NCBI GenBank assembly: GCA_934183305.1
Contig: CAKPSF010000001.1
Location: forward strand, 86,824-150,823
DNA from: an uncultured Clostridia bacterium
GTDB lineage: Bacteria > Bacillota > Clostridia > TANB77 > CAG-508
Reading direction: 5' to 3'
DNA: 64,000 bases
Below, one piece after another: positions 20,023 to 31,029 of the stretch. The number at the start of each line of letters is the position of its first letter. Positions within the stretch are counted from its first letter, which is position 1. The position numbers and the translations under genes were made by a program. Below the pieces are notes generated by a model. It saw only the letters and a list, made by a program, of their open reading frames with translations. It had not been told where the DNA came from and ran no database searches.

Positions 20023-23000
20023 TGCCTAAAAATCTTTTAACTTCTGTTAATATTGTTTTACTATTGTTATCTCTTAACTTTAATGTTATATATGGTTCTG
20101 TTCCTGCTGAAAATCTTAGATTATCTTTATATTCTTTTACTAATGTATCTACTACATCCATATTAAATAACTTAGGGTCAAAATAAAATACTATATTATT
20201 CATTTTTTGTGTTACTTTAAATATATTTTTCTCTTTACATAGCATTTTTATTCTTGCTATTTCAATTAAGTTTTCAACTTCTTTTGGCATTGTTCCATAT
20301 CTATCTGTTGATTCATCTATTACATCTGCTATATCATCTTCTGTTTTTGCTAGTGCAATATTTTGATACATCTCTATTTTTTGTGCTGTTACTTCTATAT
20401 ATGTATCTGGTATATAACAAGAAACATTTAAGTCTATTTGTATATCTCTTTCTTCTTCTACTTCTATACCCTGCATATTTTTTACGACTTCATCTAGTAA
20501 ATTGCAATATGTGTCATACCCTACTTGTTCCATATGTCCATGTTGTATTTCTCCAAGTAGACTTCCAGCACCACGAATTTCTAGGTCTCTCATAGCAATT
20601 TTAAATCCAGAACCAAACTCGGTAAATTCTTTTATTGTTTTTAATCTCTTATCTGCTACTTCTGATAACATTTTATCTTTTCTATATGTTATATATGCAT
20701 ATGCTTGAGCATTACTTCTTCCAACTCTTCCACGAATTTGATACAGTTGTGCCAAGCCTAATCTATCTGCATTTTCAACAATAATTGTATTTGCATTTGG
20801 TATATCTATTCCAGATTCTAATATTGTAGTACATACAAGAACATTAATTTCTCCAGCAACAAATCTTTCCATTATTTCTTCTAGTTCTTTACCGCTCATT
20901 TGGCCATGTGCGTATTCAACCTTTGCTTCTGGAACTAAATCTGCAATTTGTTCTGCTTTTGCTACTATCTTTTCAACATTATTAAATAAATAAAATACTT
21001 GGCCACCTTTTTCTAATTCTTTTGTTATTGCCTCTTTTATAACCTCTTCATCATATTCTAATACATATGTTTGAACTGGTTTTCTATTTTGTGGTGGTTC
21101 ATATATAACAGACATATCTCTTATTCCAACAATAGACATATGTAAAGTTCTCGGTATTGGAGTTGCAGTCATTGTTAAAACATCTACATTTGTTTTTATT
21201 TCTTTAATCTTTTCTTTATCTTTTACACCAAATCTATGTTCTTCATCAATTATTAATAATCCTAAATCTTTAAATATCACATCTTTACTTAGGATTCTGT
21301 GAGTTCCTATTACAACATCAATTTCTCCAAGCTCTAGTTTTTTTACTATTTCTTTTTGCTCCTTTTGAGTTTTAAATCTGTTTAATAATTCAACTCTTAT
21401 TGGGAAATCTTTCATTCTTTCTTTAAATGTTTCATATTGTTGGTTTGCAAGTACAGTTGTTGGAACTAAATAAGCTACTTGTTTTTGATCCATTACGGCT
21501 TTAAATGCTGCTCTTATTGCAACTTCTGTTTTACCATATCCAACATCTCCACAAAGCAATCTATCCATTGGCATTGAAGTTTCCATGTCTTTTTTAACTT
21601 CTTCAATACATCTTAATTGATCTTCTGTTTCTGTATATGGAAAGCTATCTTCAAATTGTTTTTGCCATGCTGTATCAGCAGAAAATGCATATCCTTTTGC
21701 CTTTTTTCTTTTTGCATATAATTCTATTAATTCTTTTGCAACTTCTCTTAAATTAGCCTTAACCTTTGCCTTTGTGTGTTCCCATTCTTTGCTTCCTAAT
21801 CTATTTAGTTTAGGAGCCACTTCTCCCCCACCAATATATTTTCTAACATTATCTAATGAGTTTGTTGGAACATATAATATATCTTCGCCTTTATATTTTA
21901 TTTTTATATAATCTTTTGTAACGTCACCTGTTTTTATAGTATTTACTCCTATAAATTGACCTATACCATTAGTTCTATGAACAACATAATCTCCTATTTC
22001 TAGGTCTGCAAACACTACTTTTTCTGCTTGTTTAAAAACAGAAGAAGATTTCCTTTTTTTCTTTTCTGTACTAAATAACTCTTGACTTGTTATTACAATT
22101 AAATTATTATCAAAGCATTCAAATCCAGAAGATAATGTTCCTTTAGAAACTATTACTATTCCAGTATTAATTGGAATATTTAAGTTTTCTACATATTTAT
22201 GTGGTATTTCTTTTTCACCTAATAATGCAATTAATTTCTTACTATTATCTTCATTTCCTGTTAATATTATTACTTTTTTATTGTCAGATAAACTCTCAAT
22301 TGTTTTATTTACAAGTAAATCAATTGAAGATTTATAAAAGTTAAGTTCTTTAAAAGTAAATCTATACATGTTAGGTCTATTAAAAGCTATATCTTGTTTT
22401 TCTAAAAATATATTTTGATACTTAGTTATTTTTTGTTCTACTGCTTCATAGCTTTCTAGGTATCGTAAAATCTCTGGAACGCTCTTTTCTTTTTCTGTTA
22501 AAGTTTGAATTAGCATTTGGGTATCTTTACTAATATTTTCAGCCCTTGTTTTTATTTTTCCTATTTCATCTAAAAATATTATTGTATTACTTTTTAAATA
22601 ATCTAATACATTTGCAGTTTTATTATAAAAACAAGTTAAATATTTATCAATTTTAGAAATATAGTTTTCCTCTTTTATTTGTTCTATATCCTCTTGAACA
22701 TATTCACCTATATATTTATCTTTTATATTATTCACTATGTTTTCTATGTTATTTGTTACTATATATTCGTGTGCTGGATATATAACTATTTCATTTAGCT
22801 CTTCTATTGACCTTTGTGAAAAAATATTAAAGTATCTTATTGAATCTATTTCATCTCCCCAAAATTCAACCCTAACACCTTTATTGCTGGTAATTGCAAT
22901 ATCTATAATGTCTCCTCTAACACTAAATTGACCTTTTCCTTCAATAAGTTCAGCTCTTTCATAACCTAATTTAACTAATTTTTCTTTTATTTCTTCAAAT

Positions 23001-23440
23001 TTATATTCTTTGTTAAACTCAAATTTAATTACATTTGAATATAACTCTTTAGGGCTTATCATTTTTTGCATACATGCTTCAATTGTAGTAATGACAATAT
23101 CTGCACTACCATTATATATTCTATTTAAAGCCTCTATTCTTTCATATGGCAAATCTTTACTTTCTGCAATATAATCGTAAGTTACTATATCTTTTTTAGG
23201 AAAATATACTACTTTTGAATTAAAATATTTAATATCTTCTAAAAGCTTTTTAGCCTGTATTTCATTATATGTTATTAAACATATTGGTCTTTTACAGGTT
23301 TCTTTTGCCACAGTTAAACTTAGAACTTTTGCAACGTCAGTTAAGCCCAATATATTTATTGGACTTATTTTTTTATTTATATTATCTAGGCAATCTTTAA
23401 ATTTCTCATTGTCTACAATTTCTTTTATTATAGCATTCAT
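20015..23440 (-). CDS. mfd: transcription-repair coupling factor
   Basis: 1141 aa; UvrB-homology N-terminus, RNAP-interacting domain, superfamily-2 translocase motifs (LLCGDVGYGKTEVA, DEEHRFGV), TRG motif. Confidence 0.93.
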   Translation of the reverse strand: MNAIIKEIVDNEKFKDCLDNINKKISPINILGLTDVAKVLSLTVAKETCKRPICLITYNEIQAKKLLEDIKYFNSKVVYFPKKDIVTYDYIAESKDLPYERIEALNRIYNGSADIVITTIEACMQKMISPKELYSNVIKFEFNKEYKFEEIKEKLVKLGYERAELIEGKGQFSVRGDIIDIAITSNKGVRVEFWGDEIDSIRYFNIFSQRSIEELNEIVIYPAHEYIVTNNIENIVNNIKDKYIGEYVQEDIEQIKEENYISKIDKYLTCFYNKTANVLDYLKSNTIIFLDEIGKIKTRAENISKDTQMLIQTLTEKEKSVPEILRYLESYEAVEQKITKYQNIFLEKQDIAFNRPNMYRFTFKELNFYKSSIDLLVNKTIESLSDNKKVIILTGNEDNSKKLIALLGEKEIPHKYVENLNIPINTGIVIVSKGTLSSGFECFDNNLIVITSQELFSTEKKKRKSSSVFKQAEKVVFADLEIGDYVVHRTNGIGQFIGVNTIKTGDVTKDYIKIKYKGEDILYVPTNSLDNVRKYIGGGEVAPKLNRLGSKEWEHTKAKVKANLREVAKELIELYAKRKKAKGYAFSADTAWQKQFEDSFPYTETEDQLRCIEEVKKDMETSMPMDRLLCGDVGYGKTEVAIRAAFKAVMDQKQVAYLVPTTVLANQQYETFKERMKDFPIRVELLNRFKTQKEQKEIVKKLELGEIDVVIGTHRILSKDVIFKDLGLLIIDEEHRFGVKDKEKIKEIKTNVDVLTMTATPIPRTLHMSIVGIRDMSVIYEPPQNRKPVQTYVLEYDEEVIKEAITKELEKGGQVFYLFNNVEKIVAKAEQIADLVPEAKVEYAHGQMSGKELEEIMERFVAGEINVLVCTTILESGIDIPNANTIIVENADRLGLAQLYQIRGRVGRSNAQAYAYITYRKDKMLSEVADKRLKTIKEFTEFGSGFKIAMRDLEIRGAGSLLGEIQHGHMEQVGYDTYCNLLDEVVKNMQGIEVEEERDIQIDLNVSCYIPDTYIEVTAQKIEMYQNIALAKTEDDIADVIDESTDRYGTMPKEVENLIEIARIKMLCKEKNIFKVTQKMNNIVFYFDPKLFNMDVVDTLVKEYKDNLRFSAGTEPYITLKLRDNNSKTILTEVKRFLGII

Positions 23441-23712
23441 AATTGCTCCTTAAACACAAATTATATTATACAACTTTTCCAGCTATTTGTCTACAATACA
23501 AATTATCAAATTTTTACTTTTTCAAGCGCTTTTATACATTTTTTACAATTGTGCTATTCTCGAATATTTTTATAAATCCTTAATTTTTTGCGAAAATTTG
23601 TTCTTTTTGTATTGATTTATCATAAATTTCATGTTATCTTTAACATTAAACGTTGCCTTGGCAACAGTTCTATATAAGAACTGGGTTGATAAGCAACTAC
23701 ATAAATAAAAAA

Positions 23713-23756
23713 AGACTCACATCTGTAAATTTGACGATTTAGATGTGAGTTTTTAT
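23713..23756 (+). terminator. rho-independent terminator (ACTCACATCT/AGATGTGAGT + T5) ending a structured intergenic transcript
   Basis: 10-bp perfect stem followed by TTTTT; no annotated + strand gene upstream. Confidence 0.5.
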
Positions 23757-23935
23757 ATCTATTTGGCCAAAACCACATTTGTGGAATTGTCATTTCCTAT
23801 ATTTATTATAACTGAAGTTTTTATAAATGTCAATGAAATTAGAACAAATCACTACATTACTATAAATCATATAATATTTGACTTATTTGTTTTTTTGTCG
23901 TATTATGTATATATAATTATATATGGAGGTTTTTT

Positions 23936-24433
23936 ATGTTTAAAGAATTTAAAGAGTTTGCTCTTAAGGGTAATATTGTCGATTTAGCTATAGGTATTAT
24001 AATTGGTGGTGCTTTTCAAAGCATTGTTAATTCATTAGTTAAAGATATTATAATGCCTCTTATAAATATTTTTACTGGTAGCATGGATTTTTCTTCATTG
24101 GTCTTAAAGATTGGAAATTCTTCTATAAAATATGGTTCTTTCATAACTGCTGTTGTTAATTTCTTAATTATAGCTTTTTCTTTATTCTTGTTTGTGAAAT
24201 ATATTAATAAAGTAAATAAAAAATTAGAAGAGGCTAAAATTCAAGAATCTGAAAAGTTTGCAAAATTAAAAAACAAAAGCAAGTTATTACAAAAACTTAC
24301 TAAGAAATCAAAATCAACAACTAATCCTGAAGTTAAAATTGAAGCAACAACAAAAATTTGTCCTTATTGTTTAAGTGAAATTAATATTAAGGCTTCAAGA
24401 TGTCCACATTGCACTTCAAAATTAGAAGATTAA
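23936..24433 (+). CDS. mscL: large-conductance mechanosensitive channel MscL with C-terminal zinc-ribbon extension
   Basis: [31 protein letters not shown] canonical MscL N-terminus and 2 TM; extra ~40 aa tail with CPYC...CPHC. Confidence 0.85.
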   Translation: MFKEFKEFALKGNIVDLAIGIIIGGAFQSIVNSLVKDIIMPLINIFTGSMDFSSLVLKIGNSSIKYGSFITAVVNFLIIAFSLFLFVKYINKVNKKLEEAKIQESEKFAKLKNKSKLLQKLTKKSKSTTNPEVKIEATTKICPYCLSEINIKASRCPHCTSKLED

Positions 24434-24468
24434 GAAAATAAAGAGCACTTAATGTGCTCTTTGTTCTG

Positions 24469-25638
24469 TTATTCATATAATTTTTCCTGATTAAATTCTT
24501 TAAAATTATATTCGCATTCTCTTAGGAAAAAGCTATCTGTTTGTCCTGCCATATAATCAATTATCATTCTTTTGGTTGATGTTTTTTGTTTGTATTCTTT
24601 GCTTTTTTCATTTATAAATTTTACTAAGTTAATTTTACTTATATTGTCATTCTCACTGCCTTCACTTAGGAATTCCAAGTACCTATCATACAATTTATAA
24701 AAATATTTTTCTATAATGTCATTATTTTTGCATGCCTCTTTTGAAGTATATATGTGCTTATAATTCCATTCTTTTAATTTCATTAGTGCATCAAAAACTT
24801 CTTTTGAAAATGAAATATAATCTTTTCCATAACTATTTTTAACTATATCTTTTATTAAGCTATTTACTATCATTGAATTATTATTTTTTAGTACTTTTGT
24901 AATTTCTATTGGTAAATCTTCTCTTTTTATACTTCCAACCACAATTGCATCTTCAATATCTCTACCTATATATGCAATAATATCAGATATTCTTACAACA
25001 CAGCCTTCTAATGTCATTGGAACAATTAAGTCTGAATAACTTTCTTCTGTAAATGATTTATCTAATTCATTTATAAACTCTTTTACAGTTTTTTTACGTG
25101 GTTTATATTTATCTTGCAAAATCTCTCCATTATGCGCTAAAATACCATCTAATGTTTGAAGACTTATATTCAACCCTTCTATGTCTTTTAAAGCTCTAAC
25201 GCTTTGAGCATTATGCTTAAAATATCCAATTTTTTCTCTTTTACATATATTATCTAAAAAATATTCTCCAGTATGTCCAAATGGTGCATGTCCTACATCA
25301 TGTCCAAGTGCTATTGCCTCTATTAAATCCAAATTAAGATTTAATACACTTCCTATCGCTCTCGCTATTTTAGAAACCAATTGAACATGTAAAACCCTAT
25401 GTGTTATATGGTCATTTTTAATTAATGAATATACTTGCGTCTTATCTATATATCTAGTATAACTTAGCGAATGTATAATTCTATCTGCATCTTTTGAAAA
25501 TACTGGTCTAAATTCATTTTCTTTTACATTGGTATCTTCCTTTAATAAAATAGCATCTTTGCTTTTACATGCATATGGTGATAAAATGTCTTCTCTATTT
25601 AGTAATTCTAATCTTATTGTATCAAATATGTTTTCCAT
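24469..25638 (-). CDS. dGTPase-like HD-domain phosphohydrolase
   Basis: HD motif (HRVLHVQLVS...ALGHDVGHAPFGH); 389 aa. Confidence 0.75.
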   Translation of the reverse strand: MENIFDTIRLELLNREDILSPYACKSKDAILLKEDTNVKENEFRPVFSKDADRIIHSLSYTRYIDKTQVYSLIKNDHITHRVLHVQLVSKIARAIGSVLNLNLDLIEAIALGHDVGHAPFGHTGEYFLDNICKREKIGYFKHNAQSVRALKDIEGLNISLQTLDGILAHNGEILQDKYKPRKKTVKEFINELDKSFTEESYSDLIVPMTLEGCVVRISDIIAYIGRDIEDAIVVGSIKREDLPIEITKVLKNNNSMIVNSLIKDIVKNSYGKDYISFSKEVFDALMKLKEWNYKHIYTSKEACKNNDIIEKYFYKLYDRYLEFLSEGSENDNISKINLVKFINEKSKEYKQKTSTKRMIIDYMAGQTDSFFLRECEYNFKEFNQEKLYE

Positions 25639-25720
25639 CTATTTCTCCTTTTCTTTATACTATATTATACCTTCAAATTAGTATTTTTTCAATTATTTAG
25701 GATTATTTAATAAATTAGAC

Positions 25721-25749
25721 TTGCAATATTTGCTCTTTTGTGTTAAAAT
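25721..25749 (+). promoter_or_regulatory. sigma-A-type promoter for rpsT (TTGCAA-17 nt-TAAAAT)
   Basis: -35/-10 hexamers with 17-nt spacer, ~45 nt upstream of AGGAGG RBS. Confidence 0.45.
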
Positions 25750-25794
25750 AATATACGTTATAGTTTAGACTCATATAAGAGGAGGTGCTTATAA

Positions 25795-26061
25795 ATGCCA
25801 AATATTAAATCAGCAATTAAAAGAGTTAATGTTATTGAGAAAAAAACATTAAGAAATAATATGATAAAATCAGCTTATAAAACAGCTGTTAAAAGTTTCG
25901 AAGACGCTGTAGCTGAAGGTGATGTTAAAAAAGCTGAAGCATTATTTTCAGAGGCTACAAAGAAAATAGATGGAGCTTGTTCAAAAGGTGTTATAGTTAA
26001 AAACACTGCTGCAAGAAAAAAATCTGCTTTAGCAAAAAAATTAAATTCAATGAGTAAATAA
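25795..26061 (+). CDS. rpsT: 30S ribosomal protein S20
   Basis: [13 protein letters not shown]...; 88 aa basic protein; strong RBS; terminator AAAAGATTTCT...AGAAATCTTTT at 26068-26095. Confidence 0.93.
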   Translation: MPNIKSAIKRVNVIEKKTLRNNMIKSAYKTAVKSFEDAVAEGDVKKAEALFSEATKKIDGACSKGVIVKNTAARKKSALAKKLNSMSK

Positions 26062-26152
26062 TAATAAAAAGATTTCTAAAAGAAATCTTTTTTCTTTTAC
26101 CAAAAATTACATTTGTTTTTGATGAATAATCATGGTATCATTATAAATAGGA

Positions 26153-26410
26153 GTGATACATATGATAAAAATGATTATAGATAAATTTAAAAACTTAGAT
26201 GAAAAAGTAAAAAAGATTATGAATAATGGCATTAAGTTTTCTTTTTTATTTTGTATCTTTTCGTCAATTATTTTATTGGTATATTTATTTTATAAATTAC
26301 CAATTATATATTATTCTGGTTTAATTCTTCTTAAAACATCTTTTATGTTTTTTGCATATTTTATAATATTAGGTATTGGATTTGATACAATAAAAAAACA
26401 AATGGCCTAA
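26153..26410 (+). CDS. hypothetical small membrane protein
   Basis: 85 aa, 2 TM helices, RBS AGGAG; followed by terminator AGCGGAGCAT...ATGCTCCGCT at 26428-26453. Confidence 0.4.
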   Translation: MIHMIKMIIDKFKNLDEKVKKIMNNGIKFSFLFCIFSSIILLVYLFYKLPIIYYSGLILLKTSFMFFAYFIILGIGFDTIKKQMA

Positions 26411-26436
26411 AAACATCAAAAAAGTAGCGGAGCATA

Positions 26437-26838
26437 TTAATGCTCCGCTTTTTTACTTGGGATTTTTTTTACTTTATATTCTAAAACAACTTCATCTTCC
26501 GAACATTCACATTCTTCTTCACTCAAAGGACATAATATCGAAAAATTCTCATTATTTAAGAAAATTGGCATTCCAGTAAAAAAATCTGTAACTGAACATT
26601 CTCTATTTTCTTCATATTCAATGCAGTATAAACTATTAATTATAAAGCTTTTTCCTGCATTATTTGTTATTTTATACAAAGCTTTATCACATATTTGAAT
26701 TGGAGGATGTTGAATTCTAAAAATTTTACGAAAGATTTCTCTTTCTTTAATTTCCCTACAAATTGCTACATTTTGAAATTTACACCGTTTCATTTTAGCT
26801 ACCCTTTCAAAAAATTTTTTATATTTATATTTTATCAC
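26437..26838 (-). CDS. hypothetical Cys-rich protein (133 aa)
   Basis: Eleven cysteines including CxxxxxxxC, CIEYEENRECS and CPLSEEECECS clusters; no recognisable family. Confidence 0.35.
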   Translation of the reverse strand: MIKYKYKKFFERVAKMKRCKFQNVAICREIKEREIFRKIFRIQHPPIQICDKALYKITNNAGKSFIINSLYCIEYEENRECSVTDFFTGMPIFLNNENFSILCPLSEEECECSEDEVVLEYKVKKIPSKKAEH

Positions 26839-26885
26839 TTTTATTACTTTATGTCAATTACTAGATATTATTTTATATCTATTCC

Positions 26886-28331
26886 TTACATTTTATTAAT
26901 TTGTTCTATAAACATTTGATTTAGCATTTGTGGGTTTGCTTTTCCTTTTGTTGCTTTCATTGCTTGCCCTACCAAGAATCCCAATGCTCTATCTTTTCCA
27001 GCTTTATAATCTATTACAGATTGATTGTTTTCTGCTAATATTTTTAACACTACTTCTTTTATAGCATTTTCATCTGAAATCTGAACCCATCCTTTTTCTT
27101 CTATTATTTTAGATGGTTTTTTATCTGCATTTTCAAACATTTCTTCTAGAACTTTTTTAGCTATTGCTGTACTTATTGTTCCTTTGTCTATTAGCATTAT
27201 AAGTTCTGCAAAATTTTCAGAGCTAAATGGAATGTTTTCTGCTTCTAATTCTTTTTCATTTAATATTCTAGATACATCAGACAATAACCAATTTGCTACT
27301 GCTTTAATATTTCCAGATATTTTTGAAGCTTCTTCAAAAATATTAGATATATATTTAGACGCTGTTAAAAGTTTTGCTTCTTTTTCTGTTAATTTGTAGT
27401 CTTCTATATATCTTTTCTTTCTGCTTTCTGGTAACTCTGGAAGATTATTTTTTATATTATTTATATATTCATCTGAAAGCTTTATTGCAACTAAGTCAGG
27501 ATCTGGAAAATATCTATAATCTTCTGAGTTTTCTTTGTCTCTCATTGGAAATGTTTTTCCAGATACATCATCCCATCTCAAAGTTTGTTGAATAACTTTT
27601 CCACCATTTTCAAGAACTTGTACTTGCCTTTCAGCCTCATATTCAATTTCTCTTACTATACTTCTAAAAGAGCTCATGTTCTTTGTTTCTGTTCTTGTTC
27701 CAAATTTTGTATCTCCCTTTTTACGTACAGACACATTAACATCTGCTCTAAAAGAACCTTCTTGCATTTTACAATCCGATACTTCTATATATTCAAGTAT
27801 TGATTTTAATTTTCTTAAATATGCCTCTACTTCCTCTGTATTTCTAAAATCTGGACCTGATACGATTTCTATTAACGGAACTCCTGCTCTATTTAAATCC
27901 ACTAATGTTCCGCCACCATAAGGATCATGATTTAGTTTTCCAGCATCTTCTTCTATATGGATTCTTACTAATTTTATTTTTTTAGTTCCTTGTGAAGTTT
28001 CTATTTCTACATATCCATTTTCACAAAGTGGTTTATCGAATTGAGAAATTTGATAAGACTTTGGTAAATCTGGATAAAAGTAATTTTTTCTATCATTTTT
28101 GCTATCTTTAGCAATTGTACAATTAGTTGCAAGTCCTGCTTTAACTGCATATTCAACAACTTTTTCATTAAGTACTGGTAAACTTCCTGGCATTGCCATA
28201 CAAACTGGACACACATGTGTATTAGGTGCACCACCAAATTCTGTTGGACAAGAACAAAATATCTTTGTTTTAGTTGAAAGCTCGCTATGTACTTCTAGAC
28301 CTATAACCATTTCGTAATCTTCTCTTAGCAT
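26886..28331 (-). CDS. gatB: Asp-tRNA(Asn)/Glu-tRNA(Gln) amidotransferase subunit B
   Basis: Start ATG at 28331 (MLREDYEMVIGLEVH) with AAGGAGG RBS; ORF track over-extends to 28412; GatB/YqeY C-terminal domain. Confidence 0.92.
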   Translation of the reverse strand: MLREDYEMVIGLEVHSELSTKTKIFCSCPTEFGGAPNTHVCPVCMAMPGSLPVLNEKVVEYAVKAGLATNCTIAKDSKNDRKNYFYPDLPKSYQISQFDKPLCENGYVEIETSQGTKKIKLVRIHIEEDAGKLNHDPYGGGTLVDLNRAGVPLIEIVSGPDFRNTEEVEAYLRKLKSILEYIEVSDCKMQEGSFRADVNVSVRKKGDTKFGTRTETKNMSSFRSIVREIEYEAERQVQVLENGGKVIQQTLRWDDVSGKTFPMRDKENSEDYRYFPDPDLVAIKLSDEYINNIKNNLPELPESRKKRYIEDYKLTEKEAKLLTASKYISNIFEEASKISGNIKAVANWLLSDVSRILNEKELEAENIPFSSENFAELIMLIDKGTISTAIAKKVLEEMFENADKKPSKIIEEKGWVQISDENAIKEVVLKILAENNQSVIDYKAGKDRALGFLVGQAMKATKGKANPQMLNQMFIEQINKM

Positions 28332-28344
28332 AATTTCCTCCTTA

Positions 28345-29817
28345 TTATTTTTTAAATGTTGGTTTGTTATGTTCTCTAAACTTAGTTTGTTGTTCATAAG
28401 CATATGCCGCATTTAAAATTGTTTCTTCTGCAAAATGTTTTCCTATTATTTGCATTCCTATTGGCATTCCTTGTTTATCTAAATCACAAGGAATAGATAT
28501 TGCTGGTAAACCTGCTACATTTATTGGAACAGTACAAATATCTGCCATATACATCTCTAAAGGATTGTTTGATTTTTCTCCTATATCGAATGTTGCTACT
28601 GGTGATGTTGGAGTAATTAAAACATCATATTTTTCAAATAATTTATTAAATTCATTTTTTATTAATGTTCTAACCTTTTGAGCTTTTTTATAATATGCAT
28701 CATAATATCCAGAAGATAATACATATGTTCCAAGTATTATTCTTCTTTTTACTTCAGACCCAAAACCTTCTGTTCTTGAATTAACAAATATATCTTCTAA
28801 ACTCTCATAGTTTGGTGTTCTGTATCCATATCTTATTCCATCAAATCTTCCTAAGTTTGAACTTGCTTCTGCACAAGATATAATATAGTAAGTTGCCAAG
28901 GTGTAATCTGCTATTGATAGGCTACATTCTTCAACAGTTGCTCCCATAGCTTTATATTCTTCTATCGCTTCTTTAATTGCATTTTTAACTTCTGGATTTA
29001 CTCCTTCTCCAAAATATTCTTTTGGCACACCAACTTTTAAACCTTTTATATCTTTTTTCAATGAAGTTGTATAATCTTTTTTATCAGTTTCAACAGATGT
29101 AGTGTCTTTTTCATCTTTTCCTGCGATTACATTTAAAAGCAATGCACAATCTTCTACATCTTTTGTAAGTGTTCCAATTTGGTCCAAAGATGATGCATAT
29201 GCAACTAATCCATATCTTGAAATTAACCCATATGTTGGTTTTAAGCCAACTATTCCACATAGACTTGCTGGTTGTCGCACAGATCCACCAGTATCTGAAC
29301 CTAATGCCCAAGGTAACATACCTGCCGCAACAGCTGCTGCACTTCCTCCTGATGAACCTCCTGGTACTTTATTTAGATTCCATGGATTTCTAGTTTTCTT
29401 AAATGCTGAATTTTCTGTTGATGACCCCATAGCAAACTCGTCCATATTTAATTTTCCTAAATTAATCATTTTTTCTGCATTTATTTTATCCATTACTGTT
29501 GCATCATATGGAGCAACAAAGTTTTCTAACATTTTTGAACTACATGTTGTTTTTATTCCTTTTGTACAAATATTATCTTTTATCCCAATAGGAATACCTG
29601 CTAAACCTCTTGATGAAACTTTGCCATTATTTATTTCATTCTCTATTTCTTGTGCTTTTGTCATTGCATCTTCTGTTAATGTAGTTACAAAAGCATTTAT
29701 ATCTTTTTCCTTTTCATTAATTCTATCTGTATATGCCTTAGTTATTTGAGTTACTGTTAATTCATTTTTGTTTAACTTATCTTTTAATTCATGTACTGTT
29801 AAATCGGTAATTTCCAT
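28345..29817 (-). CDS. gatA: Glu-tRNA(Gln) amidotransferase subunit A (amidase signature)
   Basis: Amidase signature [14 protein letters not shown]...[13 protein letters not shown]; 490 aa. Confidence 0.93.
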   Translation of the reverse strand: MEITDLTVHELKDKLNKNELTVTQITKAYTDRINEKEKDINAFVTTLTEDAMTKAQEIENEINNGKVSSRGLAGIPIGIKDNICTKGIKTTCSSKMLENFVAPYDATVMDKINAEKMINLGKLNMDEFAMGSSTENSAFKKTRNPWNLNKVPGGSSGGSAAAVAAGMLPWALGSDTGGSVRQPASLCGIVGLKPTYGLISRYGLVAYASSLDQIGTLTKDVEDCALLLNVIAGKDEKDTTSVETDKKDYTTSLKKDIKGLKVGVPKEYFGEGVNPEVKNAIKEAIEEYKAMGATVEECSLSIADYTLATYYIISCAEASSNLGRFDGIRYGYRTPNYESLEDIFVNSRTEGFGSEVKRRIILGTYVLSSGYYDAYYKKAQKVRTLIKNEFNKLFEKYDVLITPTSPVATFDIGEKSNNPLEMYMADICTVPINVAGLPAISIPCDLDKQGMPIGMQIIGKHFAEETILNAAYAYEQQTKFREHNKPTFKK

Positions 29818-29829
29818 TGTGTTCCCTCC

Positions 29830-30114
29830 CTATATAACCTTAGGTATTTTAAACATATTTTCTTCTTGTTCTGGAGCATTTTGAAGTAAAGATTTGTTAT
29901 CTTCAAATACTTTTATCTCATCTTTTCTAAATACATTATAATTTTCTAATGCTCCTATTGATGTATCTAGCCCCTCTATTGGTGCATTATCAACTATATT
30001 AGCATAGTTTAAAATATCTTGTAAATTTTTTATATATTCAGGTATTTCTTCCTCTTTTAACTTTAAATTTGCAAGTTTTGCTATATGCAAAATCTCTTCT
30101 TTACTTACATTCAT
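29830..30114 (-). CDS. gatC: Glu-tRNA(Gln) amidotransferase subunit C
   Basis: 94 aa, MNVSKEEILHIAKLANLKL typical GatC; first gene of gatCAB operon. Confidence 0.9.
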   Translation of the reverse strand: MNVSKEEILHIAKLANLKLKEEEIPEYIKNLQDILNYANIVDNAPIEGLDTSIGALENYNVFRKDEIKVFEDNKSLLQNAPEQEENMFKIPKVI

Positions 30115-30243
30115 TAATTATCATCTCCTAATCACATATAGAACACATTATATATCAATTTGCTCAAAATTTCAATACTTTCGCATTGCTTTCTAACTAA
30201 AAAATACACCATTAAAACCTATTAGATTTTATGGTGTACTTTG

Positions 30244-31029
30244 TTAATATATATATTTTTGTGGATTTACAACTTTTCCATTTAAATGAACTTCAAAATG
30301 TAAATGATATCCTGTTGCAGCCCCTGTTTTTCCAACAGCTGCTATATTGTCTCCTGCATTTACGCTATCTCCTGCTGAAACATTTAATTTACTACAATGT
30401 CCATAATATGTTTGAACTCCATTTCCATGGTCTATTATTACTAGCTTTCCTAAAGAACCTTTGCTTCCAGCAAAAGTTACTTTTCCAGATGCTGTAGCTC
30501 TTATTGTTGTACCTTGCTTTGCAGCTATATCTAACCCTTTGTGGTTTGTACTTCCTACTCCTCCACCTGGTGATGAACGTCTACCATATCTTGAAGTTAT
30601 TGTTCCAGATAAAGGTTTAACAGATAATTTTATTCCATTTATACTATCTGATTTTTTTACTGTGCTACTTTTAGTTGTAGTTTTTTTGGTAGATGCAACT
30701 TTAACTGTCGCATTTGATTTTTTCATATTACTTAACTCGCTAGAAATATTTTCTTTGGCTTTTTCATTGCTTACAGCTAATATCTCTGCATCGTTTTCTG
30801 AATAAACCTGCAAAATACCTAACTTATCTGTATATTTTTCATCATATTCTTTTTTCAATTCATCTACTATATTTTGTGCCTCTTCTTGTGTTGATACATA
30901 AGTTTTATTTTCTCCATTTATCGAAATTGCAAATGTTGTGTATTGAATATTTAACTGGTCTTTTAATTCAGATTTTATTAATTCTTCTTGCTCATCAATA
31001 TTTCTATTTACTAATTTCAATTTTAACAA
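30244..31029 (-). CDS. M23-family peptidoglycan metalloendopeptidase (C-terminal LytM domain)
   Basis: HxxxD (HKGLDIA) and HxH (HLHFEVH) motifs; only canonical start is TTG at 31029, but the in-frame upstream region to 31278 encodes a TM helix. Confidence 0.65.
   Translation of the reverse strand: MLKLKLVNRNIDEQEELIKSELKDQLNIQYTTFAISINGENKTYVSTQEEAQNIVDELKKEYDEKYTDKLGILQVYSENDAEILAVSNEKAKENISSELSNMKKSNATVKVASTKKTTTKSSTVKKSDSINGIKLSVKPLSGTITSRYGRRSSPGGGVGSTNHKGLDIAAKQGTTIRATASGKVTFAGSKGSLGKLVIIDHGNGVQTYYGHCSKLNVSAGDSVNAGDNIAAVGKTGAATGYHLHFEVHLNGKVVNPQKYIY

Noticed and set aside
23745-23987. 80-aa + strand ORF in the mfd-mscL intergenic region
   Set aside because: Starts inside the terminator hairpin, no RBS, hydrophobic low-complexity translation overlapping the mscL start; more consistent with non-coding structured RNA
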